Positions 1 through 10,308 of a DNA stretch of 40,155 bases are shown here, one piece after another (position 1 is the stretch's first letter; each line of letters starts with the position of its first letter). The position numbers and the translations under genes are program-made. Under the pieces are notes generated by a model, which saw only the letters and a list, made by a program, of their open reading frames with translations, ran no database searches and was not told the DNA's origin. The DNA lies in NCBI GenBank assembly GCA_046597055.1, contig JBKJLC010000158.1, positions 1 to 40,155 on the forward strand, in the 5' to 3' direction. The stretch comes from Kofleriaceae bacterium. Its GTDB lineage: Bacteria; Myxococcota_A; Polyangia; Haliangiales; Haliangiaceae.

Positions 1-3000
1 GATGCCCTCCCCGCTCTTGTAGTCCGCGTCGAGGTGGGCCTTGATGTTGGTGATGCCCGCGGCCGGGATGCCGTTGATCTGGGCGTTGAGGTGGAAGTTG
101 AGGTCGGTCTGCTTGCCCGAGCCGATCAGCACGGAGAAGTCGGCGGTGACGCTCGAGAACGAGACGCCCTTGATCTTCTTCGCCAGCTCGGTGGCGTTGA
201 TCTTGCCCTTCAGCGCGAACGCGCCGGGCTCGCCGCCGCCGGCGCCGGCGGCGACGGTGAAGTCGACGGTGCATAAATTCGCGACGTCGGCGTGTGCGTC
301 GCCCTTGACCTCGAGGCGCTTGGTCGCCGAGGTCCAGCTGGCGGTGATCTTGCTGTCGTTCTTGAACTTGACCGGGCCGTAGCCCTTCGGCTTGAGCGTG
401 CCGGTCATCGAGAAGACGCTGCCGTCGTAGGCGAGCTTCAGGGTCGAGCCGGTGTCGAGCTCGGGAATGACCTTGGGTCCGCCGACGTCGACGGCCGCCG
501 ACACCGAGACCTTGCCGTCGACGTACTCGATCTTGCCGCCGGGGCCTTGTTTGAACGCCTCGGAGATCTTGCCGAGGTTCTTCACCTCGGAGACCTTGCC
601 CTTGACCGTGAACTTGTTCCGGGCGACCGCGATCTCGGCGTTTGCCGCGAACAGGGACGCGTACTCCCCGGCGAGCGCGAGCACGATCGGGGCGTTGGTC
701 GAGAGCTTGCCCTCATCCAGTCGCATGTCGACGTCGACCGGGGCGAACATCGCGAGCTTCGCGATGTGCAGCTGCGCGTTGCCGGACAGCTTCTTGGCCT
801 TCGAGTAGTCGATCGTGAACTTGCCGGTGCCGAGGCCCTTGGCTTCCACGGCGCCGACGAAGTGCGCGGTCAACCCCTGACCCTTCGTCAGGTTGATCGT
901 GCTCTCGTCGGAGATCGTGAGATCGGCGAAGCCGAGCTTGACCGGCGGCGTGCCCGCGCGCAGCTTGACGTCGACCGTGGAGTTGGTGAGCTTGGCCTGG
1001 AGCTTGACGCCCTTCAGCGCCGGGACCTTCATGTCGACGTCGGCTGCGAGCTCGAACTTCTTCGACGTGAGGTTGATGTTCGCGGTGGTCACCTTGCCGG
1101 CGGCGACGCCCGGCACGTCGAACGTGGCCACGCCGAGGCTGACGTCGCCGGTCTCGAGGTCGGCCGAGCCGCCCTTCGACGTGAAGTACCCCTCGCCCGC
1201 CGTGAGCTCGACCTTGTCGACTTTGCCGGCGAAGCCGCCCTCCGGGGTCATGCCGAGGTGGAAGTCGCCCTTGAGCTGGGTATCGCCGATCTTCGGGTAC
1301 TTCAAGGTGCCGTCGATGGCCCCATCGACCGACACCACGCCAGCCTTGACGCTGATCTTCGCCTCGGTCGCCGTCGTCGTGATGCCGACGCCGGGGACCT
1401 TGTCCAGGACCTTGTTGATCGCCTGGGTCGCGTTGATGACCGCGGTGAAGTCGCCCTTCTCCTTGTCGCCGGAGACGTGCTTGATGACGACGCCCGCGAG
1501 CGCTGGCGAGCCGAACGTGACCGTCCCCTCCGAGGTGAACTTGCCGGTGCCGTCGGACCCCGCAGCGGCGCGCACCTTGCCCCGCAGGACGTCCTTGGTG
1601 AGCGGGGACAGCTCGAACTCGGCCTCGGCGGCCCAGGTGAACTTCCCGTCCTTCCAGCCGATCTTGGCCTCGGCGGCGGCGCCTCCGGTCTGCGCGCTGG
1701 CTTGCAGGGAGCCGTCGAGCTTCTTGCCGGGGAGCAGCTGGACATGGCCGCCCTTGATCGTGACGGTCGCGCCACCGGCCTTGATCACGGTGCCGGCGGC
1801 GGCCTGGAGCGAGCCGGTGATCTCCGTGCCCTCGAGCTTGCCCTCGAACTTGCTGAAGAGGACCTGCTTCTCGAGCGGCTTGACGTCGACGGAGATGTTG
1901 GTCGCAGCGAACGCCAGCGAGCTCGCGGCGCCGGCGCCGCGCTTGTACGTCACCGCGAGGTTGCCGCCGAGCTCCGGCCTGATCTCGGCCAACGGGATCT
2001 TCGCCTCGACCGCGAGGTCGATCGGCTGACCCTTCTTCGCGACGACTTTCGCTGAGATCGTCGACTTGATGCCGGGGACCGTGATCGTGCCCTTGACCTC
2101 GCCCTCGACGCCAAGGCCCTTCGCGATCGTCAGCTTGGAGCCGTTGGCGATCACGACGTCGACCGGGCCGAACTTGACCTTCGCGCCGCCGGCGACCGTG
2201 ACGCTGCCGCCGAGATCGCCGCCCTTCTCGTAGTTGAGCGACGCGGTCGCCGAGAAGCCGCCGGCGTTGCCGAGGTTGAACGTGCCGGTGAGGTCGCCGT
2301 TGACGACGGTGCCGTCGATCTCGATCGTCGACTTGTCGAGCGACAGCGAGGCGCCGCCCGGCAGCGGTACCGTGATCGGCGAGCCCAGGCTGAGCTTCGC
2401 CGCGAGCTCGCTCTTCGCGAGGCGGACCTGCTCGAACTTGATCGGCGCCAGCGCGGGCAGCGTGAAGTGCAAGTCCTTGCTGTCGAGCGACAGCTTGCCG
2501 GCCTTGTACTCGATGACCGCGGTGCCGGCGATCCCGGGGAGCTTGACCGGGATCTTCGCTCCGGCGTCGAACGAGACGGTCTTGCCGTCGTACTTGATGA
2601 CCGCGTCCGCCTGCGTGTCCGCGAGGCCCTTGATGTCGATCTTGCCGGTGATCGTCGCCTTGAACGTGACGCCGGCGCTGTCGACCTTGAGGGCGATCGC
2701 CATCGTGGCGGCGCCCTTGGCCATGCCGTTCTCGATGGTGACCGCCGCGTTGCCGGTGAGGCCAACCTCGATATCACCGATCGCCGACCGCTTGACCGTG
2801 AGCTCGAAGTCGCTCGTCTTGATCGGGAAGTCTTTGCTGGTGAAGTCGCTCGGCTTGAGCTTGGCCGTGCCGGTGAACCCGTCCGCGTCGAACTCGACGC
2901 TGATCTCCTTGACGAACATCCCGGGTGCGTTCACCGGGAGCTTCATCGCGCCGGAGACCTTGCCGTCCACGTCGACCGTGAGCGCGCCGGTGGTGCCCTT

Positions 3001-4557
3001 CAGCGCACCGGACTCGATCGTCGCTGCCAGCGTGGCCGACTCGACCTTGTCGCCGTTCTGCTTGAACCGGGCGGAGACGAGCTTCACCGGCCCGACGGTC
3101 TGGTTGATGTCGATCGACTTCGTGCCGTCGCCGTGGTCCTTCGCGCCGGCGAGCCGCGCGGTCAGATCGAGCGCCTGCCCCGCCAGCTTGAGCTTCCACT
3201 CCTTGGGCCCGGCGGTCGCACCGGCGGCGGGCGGCGCCGCGGCTACCTGGCGCGCGATCGTGCCCGACGTCGGCGCGCGGTCGTGGATCACCGGCGCGGG
3301 CGCGCGAACGTCAGCGGTCGGACGGGTCCGGTCCTCGGCCGCGCGCGCCTCGACCTCGACCGCGCTCGACTCGGCCGCGATCTCGACCGCGCTGCCCGCC
3401 GCCAGGTCCCCGCGGGCGTGCTGGACGACGTGGGTCAGCTCGTGGCGGAGCAGCCGATCGCCGGCGTCGGTGTTGGGCGCGTACTCGCCGTCGCCGAAGA
3501 AGATGTGGTTACCGAGCGTGAACGCCTTCGCGCCCAGGAGCCGCGCCGCCTCGGCGGCATCGGCGCCGGTGTGGATCCGGACGTTGTCGAACGCCGCGCC
3601 GAGCACGGTCTGCATCAGCTTCGCGATCTCGGCCTCGAGGGCGGTGCCGCCGCCGGCGGCCTGGGCCCGCGCGAGCGCCTGCTCGATGATCGCGCGGTCC
3701 TCCTCGAGCGTGCGACCCGACTGCGCCTTCGCTGCCAGGCGCGCCATTGGCCGGCCCGCGCTCGGGGCGTGCCGCCGGTCGTCGCCCGCGCGTCGCTGAT
3801 CGCGCGCCCCGGGCGGGACGGGCCTGACCCGGCCGGCGGCCGGCTGGTGGGCTTCGCGGGCGCCGCTGGCGGGGGTGCGGCGGGCGACGAACCCGTCGGC
3901 GCGCGGATCGGCGGCGCGCGCGCTGGCACCACGCAGCGCGCTGACGTGCAGCTCGTCGGTGTCGACCACCCCGGCCGCGTGGGCGACCTCGTCCGCGATG
4001 AGGCGCCGCCCCACCTCGGTCTCGGGCTGATACGTCCCGGCCGCGAAGTGGATATCGCGGCCGATCGTGAAGGCCTTTGCGCCCAGCGCGTTCGCGGCCG
4101 CGGCCGCCGCCGATCCGTCGTGGATGCGAATCGCGTCGAGGTCGATGCCGAACACGCCGGCCAGCTCGGCGAGCATGGTCGAGGGCAGCGGAGCTCCCGG
4201 GTCCGGGTGCACCATCACCAGCGGCTCGACCGCGTGCCGCGGGTCGACGGTCATCGCCTGGCGAGGCACCGGCACCGAGGCCAGGCGGGTCGTCCGCGGC
4301 TTCTTGCCCGGCAGCTTCGCACCCGCACCGCGACCGCCCCCGCGCGTCCGCCTCCCGGCCCCGGCCCGCGCGTGGGTCGCCTCGGGATCGTCGCGCACGA
4401 CGCCCTCCGCTTCGTCGTCGATCTGCCGGGTCGCCTCGGCGACCGCGCTGAGCCAGTCGTGCCCCGCCGCGACCAGCTCGAGCGCCCGCACCTCGATGTC
4501 GCGATCGCGCTCCGCGCCGTCCGCTTCGCCCCGGCGCCGCCGGCCCCATTCGCGCAT
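1..4557 (-). CDS. Giant tandem-DUF4157 (eCIS core domain) protein with a long beta-strand-rich C-terminal region; 3' end runs off the window (>1519 aa)
   Basis: Manual translation from ATG at 4557 (MREWGRRRRGEADG...) found no in-frame stop down to base 1, so the ORF track omits it. Two DUF4157-type blocks: IRIHDG..ALGAKAFTIGRDIHFAAGTYQPETEVGRRLIADEVAH (~3970-4200) and VRIHTG..LLGAKAFTLGNHIFFGDGEYAPNTDAGDRLLRHELTHVVQ (~3420-3650). Below ~3200 the sequence is K/G/V/T-rich with alternating beta-type patterns. Confidence 0.88.
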   Translation of the reverse strand, partial: MREWGRRRRGEADGAERDRDIEVRALELVAAGHDWLSAVAEATRQIDDEAEGVVRDDPEATHARAGAGRRTRGGGRGAGAKLPGKKPRTTRLASVPVPRQAMTVDPRHAVEPLVMVHPDPGAPLPSTMLAELAGVFGIDLDAIRIHDGSAAAAAANALGAKAFTIGRDIHFAAGTYQPETEVGRRLIADEVAHAAGVVDTDELHVSALRGASARAADPRADGFVARRTPASGAREAHQPAAGRVRPVPPGARDQRRAGDDRRHAPSAGRPMARLAAKAQSGRTLEEDRAIIEQALARAQAAGGGTALEAEIAKLMQTVLGAAFDNVRIHTGADAAEAARLLGAKAFTLGNHIFFGDGEYAPNTDAGDRLLRHELTHVVQHARGDLAAGSAVEIAAESSAVEVEARAAEDRTRPTADVRAPAPVIHDRAPTSGTIARQVAAAPPAAGATAGPKEWKLKLAGQALDLTARLAGAKDHGDGTKSIDINQTVGPVKLVSARFKQNGDKVESATLAATIESGALKGTTGALTVDVDGKVSGAMKLPVNAPGMFVKEISVEFDADGFTGTAKLKPSDFTSKDFPIKTSDFELTVKRSAIGDIEVGLTGNAAVTIENGMAKGAATMAIALKVDSAGVTFKATITGKIDIKGLADTQADAVIKYDGKTVSFDAGAKIPVKLPGIAGTAVIEYKAGKLSLDSKDLHFTLPALAPIKFEQVRLAKSELAAKLSLGSPITVPLPGGASLSLDKSTIEIDGTVVNGDLTGTFNLGNAGGFSATASLNYEKGGDLGGSVTVAGGAKVKFGPVDVVIANGSKLTIAKGLGVEGEVKGTITVPGIKSTISAKVVAKKGQPIDLAVEAKIPLAEIRPELGGNLAVTYKRGAGAASSLAFAATNISVDVKPLEKQVLFSKFEGKLEGTEITGSLQAAAGTVIKAGGATVTIKGGHVQLLPGKKLDGSLQASAQTGGAAAEAKIGWKDGKFTWAAEAEFELSPLTKDVLRGKVRAAAGSDGTGKFTSEGTVTFGSPALAGVVIKHVSGDKEKGDFTAVINATQAINKVLDKVPGVGITTTATEAKISVKAGVVSVDGAIDGTLKYPKIGDTQLKGDFHLGMTPEGGFAGKVDKVELTAGEGYFTSKGGSADLETGDVSLGVATFDVPGVAAGKVTTANINLTSKKFELAADVDMKVPALKGVKLQAKLTNSTVDVKLRAGTPPVKLGFADLTISDESTINLTKGQGLTAHFVGAVEAKGLGTGKFTIDYSKAKKLSGNAQLHIAKLAMFAPVDVDMRLDEGKLSTNAPIVLALAGEYASLFAANAEIAVARNKFTVKGKVSEVKNLGKISEAFKQGPGGKIEYVDGKVSVSAAVDVGGPKVIPELDTGSTLKLAYDGSVFSMTGTLKPKGYGPVKFKNDSKITASWTSATKRLEVKGDAHADVANLCTVDFTVAAGAGGGEPGAFALKGKINATELAKKIKGVSFSSVTADFSVLIGSGKQTDLNFHLNAQINGIPAAGITNIKAHLDADYKSGEGI

Positions 4558-5029
4558 CAGGTGAGCTCCCGGCCGGCGGCGGGTTCACGTGCAAGCGGCG
4601 TCATGGCGCAGTCATCCCGCAACGGAAGCCGGGTACACGATGACCGGGTTGCGGTGGCGCACGCAACGCAAAATCCCTTGCCGACGACGAATGCGCGCTC
4701 GTGCAACCGCGCATCCCACAGCGGAGCAGCGCCACGCACATCCTCGACGGCCAGCCCCCCGGTCGTCCGGACGAGGCGGCGTGCGGGTCCGGGCGGACCT
4801 GGGCGGGGACGCCACGCCGCGACACCGGGTCGGAGCACCGGGGACCGGAGGTCGGCCGGTGGGGGACAGGAAGCCGCAGGCGTTGGAGCGAGGCGGTCAT
4901 GGTTGTGACGCACCTCTGAATACGGGTACCGGGGGCTACACCTTCCCGGCGCGGTGCGCTTCGCGTGGCAAGCCGGGCTTTGCGAGGCGGAACATGGCGG
5001 GGCGAGGCCGGGAGCGCGCCCGTCGGCGC

Positions 5030-5617
<588 letters not shown>

Positions 5618-5620
5618 GGC

Positions 5621-7540
5621 TCATCGTAGCCCGGGTGCTGGCCTGGTGGGGGCGGAACGCCGGGTCAGGTTCACCTGGCGGAGCGCGGCCTGGGCCAGGC
5701 GCGCGCCGGCGGGATCGGCGGCGGTCGCGATCGCCATCAGGCGGACGACTGCGCGGCCGTGGTGATCGGCCCGGGCCGCCGCGGCCACCTCGCGGGCGAT
5801 CGCCGCCCGCACGTCGGTGAGGTCCCACGCCGATGGCAGCCCGACCAGCGGCGCGAGCCCACGGGCGGCGTCGGTGCGGCCCAGCTCGCCGAGCAGCGCG
5901 ATCGCGAGCCCGGCCGGCGCGTCCTCGTCGCCCGGCGCCGACAGCTCGATCGCCTGGCGGGTCAGGGTCAGCGCGGCGAGCGGCTGGCCGGCGGCGGCGA
6001 AGCCGCGGGCGCCCCGGTACAGCGTGGTGGCGGGATCGCCGGACCCGGCGGCGGCCCGGCTCATGAGCTGCAACGCGGCCGGGGAATCGCCGGCGTCGGC
6101 GATCGCCAGCGCGAGGCCGAGCGCGAGCGCGGGGTCATCGGGATCGGCGTCGAAGCCGCGCTGCCACAGCGCGCGGGCCCGAGCCGGGTCGCCCAGGATC
6201 GCGAACAGCCGGGCCAGCCGCGGCGCCGCCTCGGCGACATCGACCGCGCGGGCGAGCACCTCCTCGCCGCGGCGATCGGCCAGCGCGGGATCCGCGAGGT
6301 AGCCGACCACGACCGCGACCAGCGCGGGCGCGAGCGCGGGGGTGTCGCCGGCGGCGACCCGCGCGACCACGTCGGGCCACGGCGGGGTGGTCGCCGAGGC
6401 CCGACGCGCGACGAGCAGCTCGACCGCACGCCGGGGGCCTGGCGGCAGGTCGTCGGTCGCCGGCAGCGGCGCCTCGTCGTCGTCGAGCGCCGCCAGCGCG
6501 GCGCGAGCCCATCGCGGCAGCGCCTCGTCGCGGGCAAGCGCGTCGAGGTCGACGTGATCGCGGATCGCGCGCGACGCCGAGCCGAGCTGACCGCGGCCCT
6601 CGGCGCGCAAGGCGACCGCGATCCAGGCCAGCGCCTGCGCGCGCCCGGTGGCGCGGACGCCGTCGCGCTCCCACGCGTCGACCAGCGCCGGCTCCCAGTC
6701 GGGGCCGTCGGCGAGCGGGCTGCCGGCGGCGAGCGCCACGTCGCACCGGGCGCGGTCGGCGGCCGGGAACCAGCACGGGTTGGCGCCGGCGACCAGGGCA
6801 CGCTCGAGCGTGCTCAGGTCGGGCCGGCCGTCGGGCCCGGCCCACCCGCGGGTCGACGCCAGCCATCGATCGAGGCCGGCGACCGGGTCGGCCATCGCCG
6901 CAAAGCCGGCCGCGCCCTGCGCGACCTCGAAGCGCGCGAGCAGCTCGTACAGCGCGCGCCTGGCCCCGGCGGCGTCGAGCCAGATCGCGGCTCGTTCGAC
7001 CTCGCGCGGCATGGCGCGCGCGTCCTCGAGCGCCCCGGCCAGCGTGGGGTCGACCAGGTGCAGCCGAGCGCGGCCGCGATGGCGCCGGCGCGGATCGCTG
7101 TGGCGCAGATCGGCGGCGATCGCGACCAGCGCCGCGTCGCGAGCCAGCGCGGCTGGCACCGGCGCGCCAAGCGTGCGGGCGCGGGCGACGTCGGCCTCGG
7201 CGCCCGGCGAGCGCCGCGCGACCCGGGCCCGGGCCCGCGCCACCAGCAGCCGGCCGAGCCGCGCCTCGTCGGCGCCACCCACGCCCCCGCGCAGGGGCCG
7301 CCCCAGCCGCTCGGCCGCCTCGAGCGCGGCCAGCGCGGCGCCCGGTCGTCCGCGCTGATCCTCGACGGCCGCCAGCGCGGTGTACAGATGGCGGTCGCGC
7401 GGATCGGTCGCGAGCCGGAAGCGCAGCTCGTCGGCCGTGCAGTCGAGCCCACAGGTCGCGATCATCCGCTGCGGATCAAACCCGGCCCCGCCGCACGCCA
7501 CCGCGCTCGCCAGCGCGACCGCCGCGATCAGCCGCGTCAT
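5621..7540 (-). CDS. Putative lipoprotein with TPR-like helical repeats
   Basis: Start MTRLIAAVALASAVACGG has a lipobox-like AVAC. Ala/Leu/Arg-rich helical repeats (e.g. GDPARARALWQRGFDADPDD). The ATG overlaps the upstream stop (ATGA). Confidence 0.65.
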   Translation of the reverse strand: MTRLIAAVALASAVACGGAGFDPQRMIATCGLDCTADELRFRLATDPRDRHLYTALAAVEDQRGRPGAALAALEAAERLGRPLRGGVGGADEARLGRLLVARARARVARRSPGAEADVARARTLGAPVPAALARDAALVAIAADLRHSDPRRRHRGRARLHLVDPTLAGALEDARAMPREVERAAIWLDAAGARRALYELLARFEVAQGAAGFAAMADPVAGLDRWLASTRGWAGPDGRPDLSTLERALVAGANPCWFPAADRARCDVALAAGSPLADGPDWEPALVDAWERDGVRATGRAQALAWIAVALRAEGRGQLGSASRAIRDHVDLDALARDEALPRWARAALAALDDDEAPLPATDDLPPGPRRAVELLVARRASATTPPWPDVVARVAAGDTPALAPALVAVVVGYLADPALADRRGEEVLARAVDVAEAAPRLARLFAILGDPARARALWQRGFDADPDDPALALGLALAIADAGDSPAALQLMSRAAAGSGDPATTLYRGARGFAAAGQPLAALTLTRQAIELSAPGDEDAPAGLAIALLGELGRTDAARGLAPLVGLPSAWDLTDVRAAIAREVAAAARADHHGRAVVRLMAIATAADPAGARLAQAALRQVNLTRRSAPTRPAPGLR

Positions 7541-7791
7541 CCGCGACGCTTCCGCGAGGTGGGTGGCTGCTTCGTGGCCAATGGCTCGGTGATGAAGTAA
7601 ACGTCGGGCCGCCCCGCGAGCAGCGCGTCCTGCTCGTCGAGGTTCCCGGTCAGGAACACCACGGACGCGCCGTCCTCCTTGAGCCGCACGAATGACTTGC
7701 CGCGGACCGCCAGGGCCGGTGTGCGAAACCAGCTGCCCTCGGAGACCTCGGGCAGCTCGAGGCCGCGGGCGCACACCTGCTTCCAGTTCAT
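7537..7791 (-). pseudogene. C-terminally truncated MmcQ/YjbR family protein
   Basis: LELPEVSEGSWFRTPALAVRGKSFVRL..PDVYFIT matches the family. The expected HY.GYP.VLVRL segment is replaced by EPLATKQPPTSRKRRG*; only 84 aa. Confidence 0.65.
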
Positions 7792-7803
7792 GACCCGCGC
7801 ATC

Positions 7804-8943
7804 TTACCGCCCTGCCCCGGCCCGCGCCCATGCGCGCAGCTGTCCCGGTGCCGGCGCGAGCTGCGCCTCATCGGCGGCCTGGTAGCTCGCCATGACGCCA
7901 GGCTCGTCGAGCAGCCCCGGCGCCTGGGCCAACCGCAGCCCGGGCGCCAGCCGCCAGGCCGCCTCCACCGGTGCCCCCTCGAGCAGCGCCGCCTCGATCC
8001 GCACCAGCTGCCGGGTCAACGCCTCGCGCCGCAGCCGCCGCGCCCGCGCCGCGCCCGCGATCCCCGGCTCCGCCTCGAGCGCGCGCACGGCCCACGCGGC
8101 GATCGCCTCGTCGAACCAGCGGGTCGGCGCCGCCGCCAGCCCCAGCGGCAGCCCGCCCTGCTGCGCCGCGTACAGCCCGTGCCCGATCTCGTGCATCGCG
8201 ACGATCAGCGCGTCGAGCCGGTCACGCCCCGAGCCGATCACGCACCGCACCTGACCGGGCGCGATGACCGTCGTCAGCGCCGCGGCCCCCACCCGCACCT
8301 CGAGCCCCCCCGTCTCCAGCCCGTGCCGCGCCACCAGCCGCGCCAGCACCTCACGCCACCCCGGCACCTCACCCTCTCCTGCTGCCTCTCGCTCCCCAGC
8401 TCCCTCTCGCTCCCCAGCTCCCTCTCGCTCTCCAGCTCCCTCTCGCTCTCGCTCTCGCTCTCCAGCTCCCTCTCGCTCTCGCTCTCGCTCTCCAGCTCCC
8501 TCTCCCTCTCCCTCTCCGCGTCCATCCTCCCCCCCCGATCGCACCGGCACCGCTCCGTACATCCCATCCACCAGCGCCCGCGCCCCGGCAAACCCCAGCC
8601 GCGCCGCCGCGCCGGCCAGGGCCCGGTGCCGCCGTTCCAGGCCCGGCAGATCCCGTGCGCCCGCCCGCGCCTCGCGCCACGCCGCATCCCCCGCCAGCGC
8701 CGCCGCGGTCGCCCACCGCCCGAGCGTTCGCACCCGCGCTCGCAGCCCGGCGTCGCCGACGACGCCCGCGGCGCGCGCCATCCGCGCCACCCGACCGTCG
8801 AGCAAGATCGCCGGCCACGGGGGCGCCGCCGGATGCACGTCCACCAGCGCCCGCGCGTGCAGGGCGGCCGCGTGCGCCGCCAGCTCGGGACCGAGCTCGG
8901 CCTCGTACCGATCGAGCGCCAGCTCGAGATCGAGCTCGTTCAT
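7804..8943 (-). CDS. Hypothetical gluzincin-like (HExxH...E) metallopeptidase-related protein with an internal Glu/Arg/Gly repeat
   Basis: MHEIGH followed downstream by [10 protein letters not shown] overlaps the udg stop. Confidence 0.55.
   Translation of the reverse strand: MNELDLELALDRYEAELGPELAAHAAALHARALVDVHPAAPPWPAILLDGRVARMARAAGVVGDAGLRARVRTLGRWATAAALAGDAAWREARAGARDLPGLERRHRALAGAAARLGFAGARALVDGMYGAVPVRSGGEDGRGEGEGEGAGEREREREGAGEREREREGAGEREGAGEREGAGEREAAGEGEVPGWREVLARLVARHGLETGGLEVRVGAAALTTVIAPGQVRCVIGSGRDRLDALIVAMHEIGHGLYAAQQGGLPLGLAAAPTRWFDEAIAAWAVRALEAEPGIAGAARARRLRREALTRQLVRIEAALLEGAPVEAAWRLAPGLRLAQAPGLLDEPGVMASYQAADEAQLAPAPGQLRAWARAGAGR
8386..8517. repeat. In-frame low-complexity tandem repeat (CCAGCTCCCTCTCGCTC-like units with extra TCGCTC hexamers) encoding EGAGERERE
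   Basis: Directly visible pyrimidine-rich tandem units. Confidence 0.9.
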
Positions 8944-9779
8944 GCCCGCGGCGGACGCGGCGCCGGGACCCCGAGCCGCTCGAGCTCGGCGATCACCTGC
9001 TTGAGATCACTCCACGTCTCGCGCTTCTTGTCCGGCATGCGCAGCAGGTAGGCCGGATGAAACGTCGGCATCACGCGGATGCCGCGGTGCTCGTGGAAGC
9101 GGCCGCGCAGGCTGCTGATCGGCGCGTCGAGGCCGAGCACGACGTTGGCCGCCGGCCGCCCCAGCGTCACGATCAGGCGCGGCCGCACCGCGCCGATCTG
9201 CGCGTCGAGGAACGGTCGGCACGCCGCGACCTCGTCGGGCTCGGGGTTCCGGTTCCCCGGTGGCCGACACTTGATGACGTTCGCGATGTGCACGTCGGCG
9301 CGGCCCCAGCCCATCGCCTCGATCATCTTGTCGAGCAGCTCGCCGGCCTTGCCGACGAATGGATCGCCCAGCCGGTCCTCGTCGGCGCCCGGCGCCTCGC
9401 CGATGAACATCAGCGGCGCCGGCTCGGGCCCGACGCCGAACACGATCTTCTGCCGGGTCGTGCTCAGCTTGCAGCGCTGGCAGTCCCCGAGCTCCTCGCG
9501 GATCACCGCGAGCGTGCGCCCGACCGGCGCCGCGCCCGGGTCGGCCCCGACCGCCCGACCCATCGTCGGCGCCACCGCCAGCTCGCGCACCGGCAGCACC
9601 TCGGGCACCGGCATCGCCCCGGCCACCCGCGACGACGCGCCGCCCGGCGCGGCCCAGGCCCCGGCCCGCTGATGCCACGCCAGGCGGGTCCGCAGGTCGC
9701 GCGCCAGGGTCGCCAGCTCCTCGCGCGGGTCGCCGGGGTCCGGACCCTCCGGCAGGTCACGGTCGGGCGTGCTACCCAT
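8940..9779 (-). CDS. udg: Uracil-DNA glycosylase, family 4 (Fe-S)
   Basis: [42 protein letters not shown]. Start taken as ATG 9779 (MGSTPDR). Confidence 0.93.
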   Translation of the reverse strand: MGSTPDRDLPEGPDPGDPREELATLARDLRTRLAWHQRAGAWAAPGGASSRVAGAMPVPEVLPVRELAVAPTMGRAVGADPGAAPVGRTLAVIREELGDCQRCKLSTTRQKIVFGVGPEPAPLMFIGEAPGADEDRLGDPFVGKAGELLDKMIEAMGWGRADVHIANVIKCRPPGNRNPEPDEVAACRPFLDAQIGAVRPRLIVTLGRPAANVVLGLDAPISSLRGRFHEHRGIRVMPTFHPAYLLRMPDKKRETWSDLKQVIAELERLGVPAPRPPRA

Positions 9780-9789
9780 GGGGCGATCT

Positions 9790-10275
9790 ATGCCACGTCT
9801 CCTCCCCGTCGTCCTCGCGCTCGTGCTCGGCTTTTCCGCCACCGCCTGCAAGCGCGCGGACGAGGCCACCCCGCCGGCGGGCGACGTCGGCGCGCGCCTC
9901 GCCCTGCCGACCTTCGCCGGCGAGGCGTTCGACCCCGCGACCCTCGACGGCAAGCCCGCGGTCGTCATGTTCTGGCGCCCGAGTTGCCCGCACTGCGTCG
10001 CCGAGCTGCCCGACCTGCTGCGCGCGTGCAACGACAAGGGCGCGACCGCGGTCGCCGTCATGGTGACCGGCACGCGCGCAGCCGCCGACCCGGTCCTCGC
10101 CAGCGCCGGCTGGAACGGCGTCTCGCTCACCGATGACGGCACCCTGACCAAGAGCCTGGGCATCAAGGCCGTGCCGTACACGCTGGTGCTGCGTCCCGAC
10201 GGCACCGCCGCCCGCGCGTTCGTCGGCCGCCAGAGCTACGGCGTCCTCGCCGGCGCCATCGCCGCCGCGCGCTGA
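9790..10275 (+). CDS. TlpA/thioredoxin-like disulfide reductase lipoprotein
   Basis: Lipobox-like [18 protein letters not shown] (CxxC) and AVPYT cis-Pro motif. Confidence 0.85.
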   Translation: MPRLLPVVLALVLGFSATACKRADEATPPAGDVGARLALPTFAGEAFDPATLDGKPAVVMFWRPSCPHCVAELPDLLRACNDKGATAVAVMVTGTRAAADPVLASAGWNGVSLTDDGTLTKSLGIKAVPYTLVLRPDGTAARAFVGRQSYGVLAGAIAAAR

Positions 10276-10308
10276 GCGCTTGCACTGCCCGCGGCCCGGC
10301 CCTGACCG

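Noticed and set aside
4601..4900. 99-aa minus ORF with a GAGGTG RBS-like sequence
   Set aside because: Composition is not protein-like and there are no motifs; not called as a CDS.
292..4908. Long plus-strand ORFs (292-2055, 893-2029, 2234-3799, 2467-4908)
   Set aside because: Antisense shadows of the real minus-strand DUF4157 gene; stop-poor frames are expected at this GC content.
8386..8517. Possible CRISPR-like repeat array
   Set aside because: No unique spacers; a simple coding tandem repeat with no cas genes nearby.
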